DNA of 64,000 bases from the human T2T-CHM13v2.0 reference genome, Homo sapiens. Below are positions 1-14,219 of this stretch, one piece after another. The translations under genes were made by a program, and so were the position numbers. The DNA lies in assembly GCF_009914755.1 (NCBI RefSeq), contig NC_060942.1, one strand, 5' to 3'. The first letter of the stretch is position 1, and every line of letters starts with the position of its first letter. A model generated the notes under the pieces. That model worked only from the letters and a program-made list of their open reading frames with translations, had not been told where the DNA came from and did no database searches.

Positions 1-3000
1 TCAATGTTGCATCATGAATCAGCACCAGACCCAGAATTCAGACCCAGGATCCTGGATTTTCTAGGTGGTGCTTCTTCCAAACCACAAGATTCTGATAAGG
101 ACCTATGTGTCCTATGTGTCCTATTTCTGGTTTTTTTTTTTTAAGGAATGATCAATAAAATATTTTCTTTTGTAATGCTTCTACTGCTTGCAACAGGGAA
201 ATTTATCACAAGAAGAAGGCATCATTTTAAAGTTCCATGGGCAGCTCTTTCCAGAGATGTGGTCCATGGAAAGTCTTGCCCAGAGACCCTTGGAATTCTA
301 AGAAGGAAATAAAGTGAGAGTTAATTAAATGTGTAATTAATGTTGATTGTGGCAAGCATGCTTCTTTTAGGTCAGATTGATGCTGCAGGGGAGTGATAGT
401 ATTTTTGATTGTTGTGTTTGTTTTTAGGATATTAGGGCCCTTGTCTAAGCCCTGGGATTTTTACTTAGAGTCAGGCTTTGAGATTAGGGAACAGGCTATG
501 GTGGGCTTCAGGGAACAAGCTCTACAAGGGGTCTCTCCACGTTATGTACATTAACCAAAATGGGGTCATCCCATGCTCTGTGCTTACTGAGCAAGTTTCC
601 CTTCAGCACTGCCACATCCCTCCCTAGCCAATGCTTAACAAATCACACCAACGTGACTAACTCAGTGTCTGGTTCTTATTTTTCCTCCTTCCCTTTTCTG
701 TTTGCCATTGTAACCCTCCTGTCTTAATGCTTTTCTGCCTCTTCAGGAATTTTGACTACTCCATCAAGCTTTAGTCTCTGCAAAACACATTCCTATTAGT
801 CAGTTCTCAGACACAATCTCCACTTTTTCACCTTATGCAAAGCTCCACGTACTCTTTCTTGGCAACTCTAGTTAAAATGCTAAATTACAGAGGTGGGCAG
901 ACCCTATTGATAGTAGAGAGACTGGTGCCCCTCTCTTCTTGCCTACCTTTGCTAATGGCTTAAAAATAAATCTCTCCAATACCTCACCTGCTGATCTGCT
1001 GTGGCTTAATCAGCCTGGTAGATTCAGAGTAATTATCCCCATCAAAGACCGTGTTCTCATGATGCTTCCCACACCACTGGAAGTAGGTAAAACAGAGAGG
1101 AGTTTATCTATTTTGCAGATTCTGAACCTCAGGATCAAAGATTCAGCTGACTTACCCAAAGTTAGTAACAGAGCCCCTTCCAGAACCATCGCTTCCTGTC
1201 TCCTGGTCTAATGGTCATAAGTCCTTATTTCTCTCTGATCTTGCTCTTGCTATGGCTAAAGTGCACTCACAAGGGTGACTGATGGGTCCTCAGTAAGATG
1301 GAAGGGAAGGAGGAGGGAATCTTTGTTTTCATCTCCTGGAATGTTCCAATAGTTCCAGCTGTGGCTACAGTTCATGACTGCAGGGATTTTTTGCTTGTTT
1401 ATTTTCTTTTGAAAGATTCTATCTAGATTCCGGCAAACTTTCCAGCAAACAGTACTTTGAGGCAGCTGGAAAAGGGAGGGCTCTTCCTTCCCTGTCATAT
1501 GTCCTTAAAATAACAACAGGGGAGGAAAGCCCACAGTGTCCCCTTAAGGTACCAAGGATAGCATAATGAATTTGCTAATCATAAACGGTTTGCTCCTGAG
1601 TTCCAAACGATATGGTAATGAATTGCCAGTGAACCATTTGCCAGACCACAGCCATATGGTAAGGGATGGGACCCTGGTACATAGTAGCCATACTGTGGGT
1701 TTGTCTGCATAACTGTTCCCATCCAGAACCTTCCCATCTCTATGGCTGCTAGTTAATATCCTGTTTAAGCTTCTGTTGTCAAAACTAATCATTTGTTTGC
1801 CTTATGTGGATAAGTCTTTCTCTTATCTGGTCAGTAATAGTGACCATTAAGAAATGAAAATGTGTTTGAATCCACATAAAAATATTTGAGTTACACATCT
1901 TGCATTACCCAGTGGATACCTGGGCCTGGCAGCACTAGCCTGTGGAAGCAACTCAATCCAGGAACTTATTAAAACCAACAAATTATCATCTTCCCCTGCA
2001 GAAACACAAATGAGGATTCAGTTCATTAATTTCCCCATTGTTCTTCCTTTCTGTGGACATTAGTTGGATCTTTAGCTATAAAATGTGGATTTTATTATAA
2101 TAGCGATGATAATAAAAATAATTAGGAGAAGAAGGAGATTCATTTATCAGAATAAGGCACCCTTTCAAATACACACTCCCTCTTGATTTGATGAGATGGT
2201 GAGATTTGGGAAAGAATCTGCTGTTTCATTGCTGCCTTTGTTGGTTTCCTTAGCAGTTACCCAATGGGGCTAGAAAGAAAGAGAGTTAGGAAAAGAAAAA
2301 TAAAAGTAAAGTGACTCTAGGATCAAAGGGAAATGAGGACCTATGATGAGTAAACAGCAAAGCAAATCGGAAAGAAACAATTTTATGAGGGATTAGAAGT
2401 ACAGCAGGCTAGGGAGAGGCTGTTTGGATAGTCCAGTGTGCATCCAGTGTCTTACATGCCTCACCACCACCACCACCAAGGGCAGACAGGGAGATGGGGC
2501 AGGGATTGTCCCTCTGTCATCCTACCCCCTGCCACATCCTTGTGACAGCCTTTGACAGTCTTTTTCCACCAAGACTGCCTGCTATCCATGTAAATTCATT
2601 TTCCTTTCATAACGACGTTGAAGAATATGGGAAAATGGAACCAAAAAAGAGGGAAGACGGAGTGGGTGAGGAGCCCACAGGGTAATATTCCCTGAGAATG
2701 CTCCTGGGTTTCTTGCTTCCTATGGGACCCAGCAGGAACAATCACTCTTTCACAACTTTCTGAGTTTTCCCTGCATCCCCACATACCTCACCCCAGAAAC
2801 AGCCAATGTGCTAATTGCAAGGTCAGGCCAGTGTCTTACGTGGCATCTGGGACATGGTATAATGCAAACAGATTTCCATATGTGGTCCCTTCCAGTAGTC
2901 CTCGGCCCCCCGAGCACCCACACCACGTGAGAACTCAGCTTCTCAGGAGACGCTGACATTTTAATTGGAAGCATCTGTTGCCTTTTCTGTTATTTTTGGC

Positions 3001-3629
3001 CAGGTTTGGTTTATTTGTATGAGCCGATGTTTGTGTATAGACCCGCCTACACGTTTCACAAAGCCTAGCCTTGCCTCCTCTCTCATCTTCTTCTCAAGTA
3101 GCTGACTGGGATGTGTGACGGGGCCACTTGCCTTCACCCTGTCCATTCTGATGTGGATTTCTCTCCGCAGAACTAGGGTGGGGAGGGAGGGCCAAGCTGA
3201 AAACTTCAGAGAAGCACCTTCTTGAAAAAGATGTTCTGAGGGAGGGAGGCTCACCGCTTCCTGCTTACTGCAAAGTGTCTGCTAGCCTCCCAGCAGGAGA
3301 TTCTGCTTCCAGCTTCAAGGCTGCAGCCAGCTTTGAGGCTGCAGGGGGACCTTGAAGGTGTCAGGTCCAGTCCTGTACCCCTCCCAGCTCTGACTCACAC
3401 ACTAACTGAGGCCCCATCCTCAAGTCTCTCAGGAGTCCTGCTCCCAGTAGCCTTTGAGACCTGCCCTTCACTTTATCCTCACTTAGAAAACCCAACCTTC
3501 TTCTCCCCATCAAACCCAACCACCTCCACAGAGCCTTCTTCTAGTTGTCCAGTTAGCCTGATCACACACCAGCAGAGCCACTATCTGTCAGTAATCCAGT
3601 GGCAACTGGGTGTTTGCTGAATTCCGAGC

Positions 3630-4057
3630 TGTAGTGGGTTGAATCGTGCCCCATCAAAAAAATAGTTCTACACAGAACCTTGGAATGTGAATTTATTTGG
3701 AATAAGAGTTTTTTGCAGACAAGTTAAGGCTCTCCAAATGATATAATCCTAGATAGGGCGGACCCAAAAATCCAATAATGGAAGAGACAGAAAAAGACAT
3801 GAGAGAGAGAAACAAAGGGCATGTGAAGACAGGCAGAAATTGGAGTGATGCCACCACAAGCCAAGGAATGCCAGGAGCCACCAGAAGTCAGAAGTGGCCA
3901 GAAAATTTTTTCTCTAGTGCCTCCACAGGGAGCATGGCCCTGCCAACACCTTAGTTGTGGATTTCTAGCTTCAGAACTGTGAAAGAATGAATTTCTGTTA
4001 TGCTGAAGTACCGAGTTTATTGGTAATTTGTCACAGCAGTCCTAAGAAACTGATATT
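3630..4057 (+). mobile_element. MaLR solo LTR, MLT1B-like
   Basis: Starts tgtagtgggttgaat, contains gtgaagacaggcagaaattggagtgatg...aagccaaggaatgcc and ends gcagtcctaagaaactgata, all typical of MLT1B/C. Possible 5-bp TSD cgagc/caagc. Confidence 0.85.
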
Positions 4058-5494
4058 CAAGCCCTGGGCTAGGGTACCATGGTGTACAAAATCCTAGGAA
4101 TGAAGGGGAACTGGAATCTGCCCAGACGTAAAGTGAGAGGACCTGACTTTCCTCCCCTGAGGGGAACCTGACTTACCCCCTCCTCAAGGGGATATCACCA
4201 CTCACCAGCTATATACCCTGGAGGAGGTCACTTGAGCTCCCTGTCTTCACTGTCCTTTCCTGTACATTGAAGGAGATGGACAGGACAAGGTCTACGAATC
4301 CCTACAGCTCCAGTGTTGTCTTTTTTGTGTAAGAAAGGGAGATTATAACTACACAAGGTGATGACATCATAATCCCGGGTCCCCACTGTGAGAGGCACAC
4401 TGAAATGAGCACTACAGACCCTAGGAGGGGAGGGTTCAAGTAGAGTCAGGGAAGGTCCTAGGGGAGGTGGTCTCTGAACTCAAGGGCAGGTTGCCAAAGA
4501 GGAGGAGTTGGGAGAGCATTGATGACCGGCAGAGAAGTCAATGCGCAGAGGTCAGATGAGAGAGTGACAAGGAGGAAACAAGGCAGGCTGGAGCAGAGAG
4601 GACCACAGGAGCACCATGTCATGCTTCACCCAGAAATCAGTCTTTGGTAAGCTCTGCCCCATAACCAGGGTCTAGCATTGAGGGAAGTGCTTTCCTCCAT
4701 GGGAGAGACCAGGCTGACCCTCAGGTCACACACATCCACATTAAATAAATATGGATTGAACACTCACTGTCACCCTGCAGTCCTGGGCACTAAAGAATCT
4801 GTGGGGACACAGACTCTGTCCTCAGTGGGCATACAATCTGATGGTGGAGGCAGCCTATTGAGCATGTAACTGTGTTCAGGGAGGTAGGTATCTTAGGCAG
4901 AAAAATGCAGAGGAGCTTCTGCTGCCGTTTGGGGAGCGGACATCTTCCTGGAAGAAGGGACTTTTAAGCTACTTGAGAAATGAATAAAATTGGCCAGTTG
5001 ACAAGAATGGTGAGAGTGTCCCTGTAACTCTCCCTCATGTGAGTCCCATCAGACTCTCTTTGCTTACTGCAAAGTAAAATAAGGAAGCAGAAACATACAA
5101 CAGGAATAAATAGGAACTGTGAGAAAAGGTAAGAAGAACCAACTAGAAAAACATGGCAATCTGGGGCCATCTGGCAATGGGGCAAATATCCCTGAACAAA
5201 CAAGAGCCTGCCAGGTACCACTCCAATCCTATAATGCAAGCTTAAAATAGATTCCATGTACTCTGCTTATCTCAAAGGTAAGAAAGACTGGAATACTTAG
5301 AAACATCATCATCCAACATGCTCAACAGAGGCATCTCAGAACTCTGAAAAATTGTTCTGCGTAGATCTCATGTTCTAGCTGGGGCTGACCTCCTGAGTCT
5401 TCCTGTGTTGACTTGTTTACAGGCTAGTCTTCACTTGGGTTCTTGCTGTGACTCTTCTCTTCCTCTATTAGTATTTGGAAGAGGGCAGGGCCTT

Positions 5495-5839
5495 TGATAC
5501 GGTTTGATTGTATCCCCATCCAAATCTCATCTTGAATTCCCATGTGTTGTGGGACGGAACCCAGTGGGAGATCATTGAATCATGAGAGCAGGTCTTTCCC
5601 ATGCTGTTCTTGTGATAGTGAATAAGTCTCATGAGATCTGATGATTTTAAAAAGGGGAGTTTCCCTACACAAGCTCTCTTCTCTTGTCTACCGCCATGTG
5701 AGATGTGCCTTTCACCTTCTGCCATGATCGTGAGGCTTCCTTAGCCATGTGGAACTGTAACTCCATTAAACCTCTTTGTTATGTAAATTGCCCAGTCTCA
5801 GGTATGTCTTTATCATCAGTGTGAAAACAGACTAATACA
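5495..5839 (+). mobile_element. THE1 (THE1A/B-like) solo LTR
   Basis: tgatacggtttg...aaatctcatcttgaattccc...gaaaacagactaataca. Perfect 5-bp TSD gcctt at 5490-5494 and 5840-5844. Confidence 0.93.
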
Positions 5840-7329
5840 GCCTTCATCTTTTCTTTGCTTGCCAGCCTACTAATGGGTGCTCAACTTTCTACAAGATGTT
5901 TCTGTAGAATGGCCAGTGTCCTTTAGATGGGTCACCCAATCTTCTGGAATCCTCCATTCTGATGGGCCACTGGAAGCTGTCTGACACAGGCCCAGTCCCT
6001 CAACTGGACTTTATCAAAGGGCTACTAGGTTCAAGGCATCATGCACACACAAAAATGCCTACTCCAGGGAATTAACAAACTGGTCTTGCAAATGAGACAA
6101 AAATATGTAAACATGTAAACAGAATTACAAATTATCAAGATATTGGGGGGTGACAGATGACCTTTGAGTTGATTTCATGGATAACAATGCCAGCATCCCC
6201 CAAACCTTCAGATCCATCTGAGGCAAAATGCTAGGATAGAGGACCCATGGCCCCAAACTCAGGGACTTCAGATGGTCATGACTCTATCCTGGAGCCTCCT
6301 GTATAGCCAGTGGTATTGCAAGCCTTTGGAAGAGTCCAAGAAGTAGAAGGAAAATGAAGACTCTATGTGTCCCTTCATGGGATACCTTGCCCAGTCTTAC
6401 CCAACTCATCTGTGGATTCAACTGTTTCCATCACATCCCTCTTTGTAGATAGGCACACAAGAGGAGATGGACCAAATCTCCCTGTCTCTGCCTAAATTTA
6501 CCTCAGTCATCTCCTCCCTATATATATATATCTCTCTCTCTGTCTTTCTGGCCATCAATATCTGCTTGTCTCTCTTTCAAATTCTCCATAAGTTTTCTTC
6601 CTGTGGTTTTCTCTCTCGCTACCTCTGTCTTTCTTTCTCAGTCTCTATCTGTTTCTGTTACATACACATAAATGTTTTTCAGGGAAACCTACTTCTCTTT
6701 TCTCAGTAAGCCTCAGTTCTAGTTTATTAGCATGAAAGCAATCAAGGTTTAAAAGAAAAAAAAGACATTTACAGAAAAGCCCAGATATGGTTGTGACAGC
6801 ATTTCAGGTCATGGAGGGGACAGGGAAAGAAAAATAAACTGGGCAGAATGGAAAAGTTGAGACTGGGAAGCCAGGTCACATGGTGTCGGCAATCTGCCAC
6901 TCAAGTGACCACCACTCTGCACCCTGTGGGCCCCCATCCCTGCCTCCCTTGGATGGTTCTTGAGGGAGGTTCCAGGGGCCAAAGCCCTTGAGAAGTTCCA
7001 TTGCGATGAACTTTGTTTGTAGAGATGTCTGACCCAGGGCCCCACACTGTGACTTCTCTATGGAATGCAGAGTTCTGTAGGTCACGGACTGGACCTCTGC
7101 TGCATAGAGAAAGGAACATTGCTGGTTCCATGTTAGAACCTGAGAGACCTTGGAGAGGATCCCATCCATCCTCTGCCTAACAGAAGGGGAACCTGAAATC
7201 TGAGTGGAGGGGTTGCCCATAATCCTACCCCCTGTTAGGGGCAGAGCCAAGCCCCAAACATTTCTCCCTCACCTCCTCACTGTCCTTCCAAGGTTCCAGG
7301 CTCAGTTTCTTCTTTGATGGACAACTTCA

Positions 7330-7420
7330 AGTGAGACACTTAACCTCTTTGAGCCTCCGAGTTCTTATCTGTAAAATTAGGGGCATGGAAGTGAGCATTT
7401 TGGATGGCTTCTTACAGGTG
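7330..7420. mobile_element. MIR fragment
   Basis: MIR core-like cacttaacctctttgagcctc...ttatctgtaaaat. Confidence 0.6.
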
Positions 7421-10400
7421 CTAAATGTTTTTTATAATTATTCTCACACTTAAATGTGACAATAGATTTGTGTTTTACAGTGGTCATTACAATTCCCATG
7501 TGATAGGGGAGAAAAAAATGAGCCTGTCTGAGATAAAGTAAACTCCTTAAGATCATGCAACTTATAGTGATTTATCTGTGCCCCCAAGCCATACTAAGCG
7601 TAGGTTTGATGGAAAATGAGAAGGCATATAGAACAAAAGACCAGGCTCTCCTATACTCCCAGGCCCCTCTATGCGGCTCCTACTGTGGAGGCAGGGAGTA
7701 CCCCCAGTCCAACCCTGCCACCAGTGGAGTGGTGTCCACAGGAGGACAGCCTGGCCCAATCTTTCATGGAATGTCACAATATTGCCTTCCCCTTTGCCTG
7801 CTGATCAGGGTCCTGCCTCCCGAAAGTGATCTAAGCCAATGCCCCACCCAGAGGCAGAATCAAAAGGCATTCAGCCATGCTCCCCATACTTGGGTTTCTA
7901 CCCACCGAGAGAGGCATAGAGATGCCCAAAGCCCCTCTCAGAACAGCCAGCTGATCCCGTCATTGAGAGAACTTGTTTGGAGAGGTGACAGTTCCCTAGC
8001 TTGTTCTTGTCCTGCTTACACAGCAGAGCAGCATTTCCAGCTGGCATTTGCAAAGGCCACTCACCTCACTTTGCATTCAGGACTCTTCCCCACCAGCCAA
8101 TGCTCAGAGCGGCTGCACTGTTAAATGTGTCTGTACACAGCACTCACACACATGCACACCAAATGCTGTTATTTTTAATAAGACTTCTTTTTCCCCCTCC
8201 TCTCCTGAAAATCCAAGAGAGTCCTCTGCAGGGCAGAGGCCAAGAGGTCAGCCATCCACATCATATGATTTGCAGACAGCAGAAAGGTCCCCATTCCTAG
8301 CTCCTGTGTTAACTCCCCTTTTATTGTTGTTTTTTTTTTCTTTTTTCCCAGCCTTCTGCAAGGGGCATTATCTGGCCCAGACATCTTTGCACTTGACACA
8401 TCCTTGGCACTTGTTTCTATTTAAAGTAGCACTTTATTATGTATAGCCTTACATTATTATTTCACTATTTACTCTGTGAGAAAATTTCCTCCCCAACTAG
8501 GTTATAGCTCCTATGGGGAGAATATTGATACACCTCTATATTTTGGGGCAGTGGATCTCTGAAATTCTAGAATTTATATAGTAGCTTAAACATTAATTTT
8601 TCAGACTCTCTGACATCACTCAGGAGTGGATCCTTTTGGGATCCACTAGAAGACCCTTGTCCCCTAAGTCGACTCTTACTCCTCCCTTAAGGTCTCCTTG
8701 CAATCTGTTCTTTATTATATCCCTTCCCTGGGCTCACTCCCACCACCCTTAGTACACACCTTACAGATTACCTTATCACAGTGGTTGATATTTAGCTGTT
8801 AAATGTCTAGCTGTCTCTCCATTTGGAAAGTGAGCACCTTGAAAGGTGAGTAAGTGCCATAACCAGGAAAAGCTTGCAGGATGAGCTGGGGTCTCAGGTG
8901 TATGTGTTTGAGAAAGAAGGAAGTTGAAACTACATACAAAGGGAAGAGGAAACTAACCCAAGTGTCCCAATTTCTACCCATAGGAGTTCTTCCATTTGTG
9001 TCAAGTACTGCTCCCTGGAAGGGTCCTTATAAAAAGTACTTTGGATGAAGAGTACAGATCCCAAGGTGCTTGGTGATACCACATAGGGTTCAAGCCTCCA
9101 TCTGCACACCAGGGAGTTCACTTTAGGAGATAAAGCACTATGGCAAGAAAATATTCAGAGGAGGAGCAGTGTTTGAAGACAGGTAGACTGTGGCATCAAG
9201 GCATTGACCCTGAAGAAAGAGGAAGGTAGAAAAATGGGCTCTCAGCTCTCAGGGAAGGAACCTAGGCAGAGCCCAGGCAAACAGACTAAAGTTTGAGGTG
9301 CTATTCCAAGCCCAAATTGGAATAAAGATGCTATATGGGTAAACCAAGGCAGGAGCCCAGATGCATGTACAGGAGCACATTTCAGCAGAAAGAGAAATGC
9401 TTGGGAACTATATACCAATATCCATGGAGCATCCCTGGGCAACAGATGAATTCCAGTCCCCATCAGATGGTGGAGGTGAGGGTCCCAAATGAGTTCTTGT
9501 CCTCTTCAGATATAGCTCAGGAATTAGGAGTGAACCAGACTAGCATGGAAGGAGTGGAGAAAAAAAAATCAAAGTCAGATGGGCGATACCTAGGCCAGGG
9601 AGAAGAGTCCTTTCTCAGTTTTACACTGCCATACCCAGAAAATTGCCTGATGCATACTGAAGAGTCAAGAGAAATTCGTTGGAGTACAGTTTAAAAGAGA
9701 GAGAGGCTTCCAGATGCCTTTCCATCATTTTGGCAGGTAACTCCCTGCTTTCCTGGTCAGCCCTTGCTTACTGGAACCCCTTCATCCAGTGCCACAGAGA
9801 AAGTGCAATTTCCCTCCTGCACTGCTGCTCATTACCAAGAAAAATGACAGCTTGATGGTCTTCCAGCAAGAGAGAACAATCTATTTCATTTGGAAGTTTG
9901 GTAATTGATTAGGGCAATAGATTTTCTTCACGGCAGCCTCCCCGGGAGAGTCTGGTGAGGGCACAAGATTTACATACATCAGACTCATTCTGCCTGCAAA
10001 ATCTGTCTTAGAGGATGAGATCACAAGGCCATTACTGGATTGGGGGGAGCTGGAAGGGTGGGAAGGCAGAGCGGAATTCCCAGACATCATTTCTCAACAA
10101 CCAGTACCGTGGCTAGTTCAGAATGTTTTCAAGTACTTTCTGTCAGTAACTTGCAGGTAAATCCAAGGTTCTGTCTACTCAGGGTGTGATCAAGCAAGTG
10201 ATTCTTTGGGAGTCTCTGTTGACCAAGCTTCTGAATAGATGGGCCCCAGAAACTTACTATTAGCCTATGTCGCCACCAACAATGGCTACCCTATTCTGTG
10301 GCTGCACCACAGCCTCAGTGAAGCAGTATCCTGAGAGTTCATATCATGGGGTTACCTTGAAGGTCATCAGGGCCAGCTTTTAGCAAACACTTGTTCTCTA

Positions 10401-11341
10401 CTCAGACTTCTTCTGGAGCATATCTTCATCTTATATACCACCCTCTCCCCAGATTTTACTTCTAACTGTTTCTGTGTGCCTCTGGATCAAAATCTGCTGT
10501 ACAAAATCTTTCAAACCTGTCATTTACCTTATGTGAGTATAAATCATGATGTTCCCTTTCTCAGAGAAACATTCATTTTAAGCCTTATCGCCCAATATGT
10601 GATAAAGAAATTTCCAGCATCGTTGTATTGATGAGAAGTTAGAGGAAATGTATACCAAGAACAAAGCATATTTTTTAATGCTACTTACATTGGAATGATA
10701 CTACACACTCCATTGTGTAATGGCACTTCATTTCTTTGGCCACAACACCACCTTCTAAATTAGTTGAGGCCAATAGGACTGTAATCAGAAGTTGACTATG
10801 ATACATAGAAGTTCGAATGTAGCCCCAAATGTAAAGGTTGAAGGGTAAGAGTGTTTAGATTTTATCCATATATATATAAAGAATTTGTGGATGAACTGTG
10901 CCTCTATTGCCTGGCTCCAGATGTCCCAGCATTCTCAATAAGAGTTAGGGCTGTGGTCCCACAAATAGTTGGGACACAAAGACATATCTCTGGGGTGACC
11001 TGAGGATATGAGATACTCTGTTTCATTCTTACTGTACCGACTCAGACCCATAGTGGAGGAAGTTTCTCTCTTGATCAGCCAAAAATGGACCCAGTTTCCA
11101 CAGGGACCCCACAGACTAAGGAAACATCTCCACCTCCTTCTCCACCCAACACACAGAGTGCTCTGCCTGGAATAGTGAAAAATTCTGCCATTCATGTTAA
11201 TTTTCAGGTAGAGATCCTACCCTTTCTAACTTACAGTTGCTAGTTTCATCTCTGGAACTAAAAAGTTGGTCCTAATCAAACTAATAGAATCAGCCAGCAG
11301 ATGGAAAAAAACATTTTTTCCAAGGATGATATCATGGAAGT

Positions 11342-11741
11342 TGTATTAGGCCATTCTTACACTGCTATAAAGACATGGCTGAGACTGGGTAATTTATAAG
11401 GAAAAGAGGTTTAATCAGCTCATGGTTCTGCAGGCCGTACAGGCTTCTGCTTCTGGGGAGGCCTCAGGAAACTTACAATCATAGTGGAAAGTGAAGGAGA
11501 AGCAGGCACATCTTCACATGACTGACGGGAGAGAGATAGCATGCAAAGGGGAAGATGCTACACACTTTCAAACAACCAGATCTTGTGAAAACTCCACCAT
11601 GAGACAACACTACAGGAAAGGTGCTAAACTATTAGAAACCACCCCCATGATCTAATCACCTCCCACAAGGCCCCAACTCCAACATTGGGAATTATAATTC
11701 AGTATGAGATTTGGGTGGGGACATAGAGCCAAACCATATCA
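11342..11741 (-). mobile_element. MSTA-like MaLR solo LTR
   Basis: tgtattaggccattct...gagactgggtaatttataaggaaaagaggtttaat...gagatttgggtggggacatagagccaaaccatatca is the reverse complement of an MST/THE1 LTR. Confidence 0.9.
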
Positions 11742-12559
11742 GAGCTAGAAAATCACTTAAAACTGGCCTTGTAGATGAACTTGATGTATTAGAAAACTCT
11801 GTGGATCTATTAGAAAATGCTGTGGATGCCTACATTAGGTGAGCATCCTAACGTAGACCTGACCTATATTCCTTGGTAAGCATAGGGTAATATTAAGAGG
11901 CATACCTAGCAATCAGCAAACTTTGTTGAGCATCTATGATGTGCAAGCTTTCATGCTATGAAGGATACAAAGATGAGTAAAGCCCAACTTATACCCTCGA
12001 AACGTAGATGGGGAAACACCCATGTAGTAACTACCACAAACTCACTTTTGCTTATACTGCACTGGGTGGCTATTAATATATCCATTAATATCCATAGAAA
12101 TGTTAATTGAAATATTAATAAATTGATTTATTTCTACCTATCATGGCTATATTCTTTCCCCTGTTCCACATTTTGTCAAATAGAAATGCAAGTACCAAGT
12201 TCAATGATTCTCTTGAAACATAATAAGAAAATAAGAACCCCATGAAGCATCCTGACAGCACTGACTTTTCCTGGAATAGGTGGAGGAGAACATGCTGACT
12301 GAGCAGACTTAGCATACCACTCACACACATGTTAAAGAGGCCTGCAGTATGTACCTGGCATGACAACAGTGTCTGACACTAAGTAGTTTGTGGATAAATA
12401 TTTGTTCAAATGAATGATTAAAAATGGAAGACTTCAAGTGTTTGTAATACAACTATGAAATCTGGATATTATGGTTTTAAAGTAACTGCTTTGTCATATT
12501 GACTGTAGCCTCACTGAGCTAAAATGAATTTTAAGGAGCAATGATTATAGAGAGTGTAG

Positions 12560-12675
12560 ACAGTGTCAATTTGGCATCAAAAACATGGGTTTTAAGCTTG
12601 ATTAATACTAACTAGCTGGGTTGGCCTTGGGCAGGTCTTTTAATCTTTCTGAGCTTCCATTTTCTCATTAAGTAG
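12560..12675. mobile_element. MIR fragment
   Basis: ctagctgggttggccttgggcaggtcttttaatctttctgagcttccattttctcat resembles the MIR core. Confidence 0.6.
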
Positions 12676-12706
12676 ACTGCGAAATGGAGCACAAAGGAAT
12701 CAACAG

Positions 12707-12880
12707 AACCAGTGGGGGTTAAGTTCGGATTGGGGGCACCAGGAGACACAATGCTCTGAGAAAGAAGAGATCAGCACGTGGGCTGCTGTGAGCATAGAAA
12801 GCTTCACATGGGGATGAAACTTGAGCCTTGAAAGGTGAGCAGGATCTAGAAAAGAAGAGGAGGTCCCACTCTGCAGTCAG
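12707..12880 (+). repeat. Local direct duplication A, copy 1 (partner 14051-14219)
   Basis: aaccagtgggggttaagtt...tgggggcaccaggagacaca...gggctgctgtgagca.agaaagcttcacatggg...aacttgagccttgaaaggtga recurs 1344 bp downstream. Confidence 0.92.
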
Positions 12881-13589
12881 GAAGGGAAGAAAAAAAGCAC
12901 GCATAGCCCAGCCAACACTCGGGCAACCTGTGCAACTCATCCCTGTGGATGTAGACACATTGGGCCCGGGAGAGCAGGCCTGGGCAAAGGAACGAATTGG
13001 TGCAATCATTGGGTTTGTACTTCAGAAAACCATGCATCACAAGAAACAGAACCAGAGAAAGAAGGATTCAGACAAGCTGTTCTTGTAAATGAAGCAGGGC
13101 CTGCTTTGCATGCCTGCATGCCCTCCTTGAAGTTATCCATGGAACATAGCTTCAAATACCCAAGCCATTGTGGTAACTATAGGAATTACTAACTGTAAGA
13201 ACTCAAGTTGATAGTGTGAAGTTTTAGTATTAATAACTATTTGAGTTAATCATTAATATTTGTACCTAAATTTCTTTTCTGAAATTCTCCATACAAAACT
13301 TAATCTTTGAACTTTTAACTGGAGAGGAGCTCTGCTATACCAAGCATAAGGCTGTGTTGATGCTGAGGTCAGAAAGAAGAAAATATAAACTCTCCATGAT
13401 GTATTGAATATATAGTTTTTCCTTTATTTCCTTTCTCTCCCCCCTCACTACTGTTTCCCTTCCTTCCTCCCTTCCATTCTTTCCTCCCTCCCTTCTTCCT
13501 TTCCTTCCTTTCTCTTTCTTTCAGCCAAAAGTTAATGTCATAGAATGGAAAGGTCACTTAGGTAACAGTTTGAAGACCTTGGTCCCCCT

Positions 13590-13710
13590 CCCAAATTTGC
13601 CGCTAAAATAAGTGTGTGAACCTGGCCAAGTCACTCTATTTCTCTGGCCTTCAGCTTTCTCATTTGTAAAAGGAAGGTCCTAGACAGATCTGTGATTTTT
13701 CAAGTGCTGC
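13590..13710. mobile_element. MIR fragment
   Basis: tgtgtgaacctggccaagtcactctatttctctggccttcagctttctcatttgtaaaag. Confidence 0.65.
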
Positions 13711-14050
13711 CCCAGGGACGAGAGTGGGAGAGAAAGATAAGAGATGGGCTTTCTGAATCTCTGTACACTCCTCAACCCAAAGAAGCAAACTTCTTACCTT
13801 TTATATGCAGGGGAGGAGATTCCATAATCATTCATTTGAAAAGAACACAGGGTTCTTTTTGCTGCTTAATAGGAAAAAAATTAGAAACCCACTGGCCTAG
13901 TTGATCTGGGCAGCACTTTCCCACTCCAGCATTGTAGGTTTCTCCTGTTCATTGATTTCTGCCACGTGAAAGACATTGTATCTGATGCTATAAGTAAAGA
14001 TGGGAGAAGTACAAGCATTGGCTCCAAGGAGCTCACTCAGCTTCAAGATT

Positions 14051-14219
14051 AACCAGTGGGGGTTAAGTTAGTGTTGGGGGCACCAGGAGACACACTGCTC
14101 TGTGAAGAAATAGATCAGAATGGGCTGCTGTGAGCAGAGAAAGCTTCACATGGGAGTGGAACTTGAGCCTTGAAAGGTGAACAGTATCTGGAAGAGAAGA
14201 GAAAGCACTGTGCAGACAG
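14051..14219 (+). repeat. Local direct duplication A, copy 2 (L2-like context)
   Basis: Matches 12707-12880. Preceded by L2-like aaggagctcac. Confidence 0.92.

Noticed and set aside
7555-8124. 189-aa ORF
   Set aside because: No recognisable domain or exon structure; the length is compatible with chance.
8625-8647. 9-bp hairpin agtggatcc-ttttg-ggatccact (similar one near 50307-50332)
   Set aside because: Short stems of this size are expected occasionally and have no supporting context.
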